In this document: positions 63,951-64,000 of the stretch, piece by piece
Numbering within the stretch: position 1 is the stretch's first letter
Layout of the letters: each line of letters opens with the position of its first letter
NCBI GenBank assembly: GCA_028534125.1
Contig: CM052832.1
Span: 22,570,001 to 22,634,000, forward strand
From: Lama glama
Lineage: Eukaryota
DNA length: 64,000 nucleotides
Direction: 5' to 3'
Position numbers and translations under genes: made by a program
The notes under the pieces: generated by a model
What the model saw: only the letters and a program-made list of their open reading frames with translations
Databases searched by the model: none
Told to the model about the DNA's origin: nothing

Positions 63951-64000
63951 TCTCTCTGTGGCCCCGAGGGTGCTGAGTTGATCCGTAATACTCATCTATT

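Overview
AT-rich mammalian non-coding DNA, most likely from a camelid (alpaca, llama or camel). The lineage call rests on three tRNA-Ala-derived Vic-1-type SINEs and cetartiodactyl-type L1 3' ends. No protein-coding gene, rRNA, true tRNA or CRISPR array can be supported. The listed ORFs are chance ORFs or decayed L1/ERV sequence. Much of the window is recognisable interspersed repeat: L1, L2, MIR, MaLR/ERVL/ERV1 LTRs, hAT-Charlie and Tigger. There is one 100-N assembly gap at 48171-48270. Most long L1 fragments lie on the minus strand, which suggests a large intron of a plus-strand gene that I cannot name. Best second-look items: (1) a tail-less internal L1 endonuclease fragment with a perfect 15-bp TSD; (2) a candidate 12-nt plus-strand microexon; (3) a short array of self-complementary ~29-bp units; (4) an orphan CpG island with a MEIS-site palindrome; (5) two minus-strand exon-like units; (6) an MLT2/MLT1A composite with a near-shared TSD; (7) a candidate alternative first exon near 61.6 kb. 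Repeat family names come from recalled consensus sequences, not a database search, and boundaries are approximate unless a TSD is quoted. I found no convincing novel biological system.
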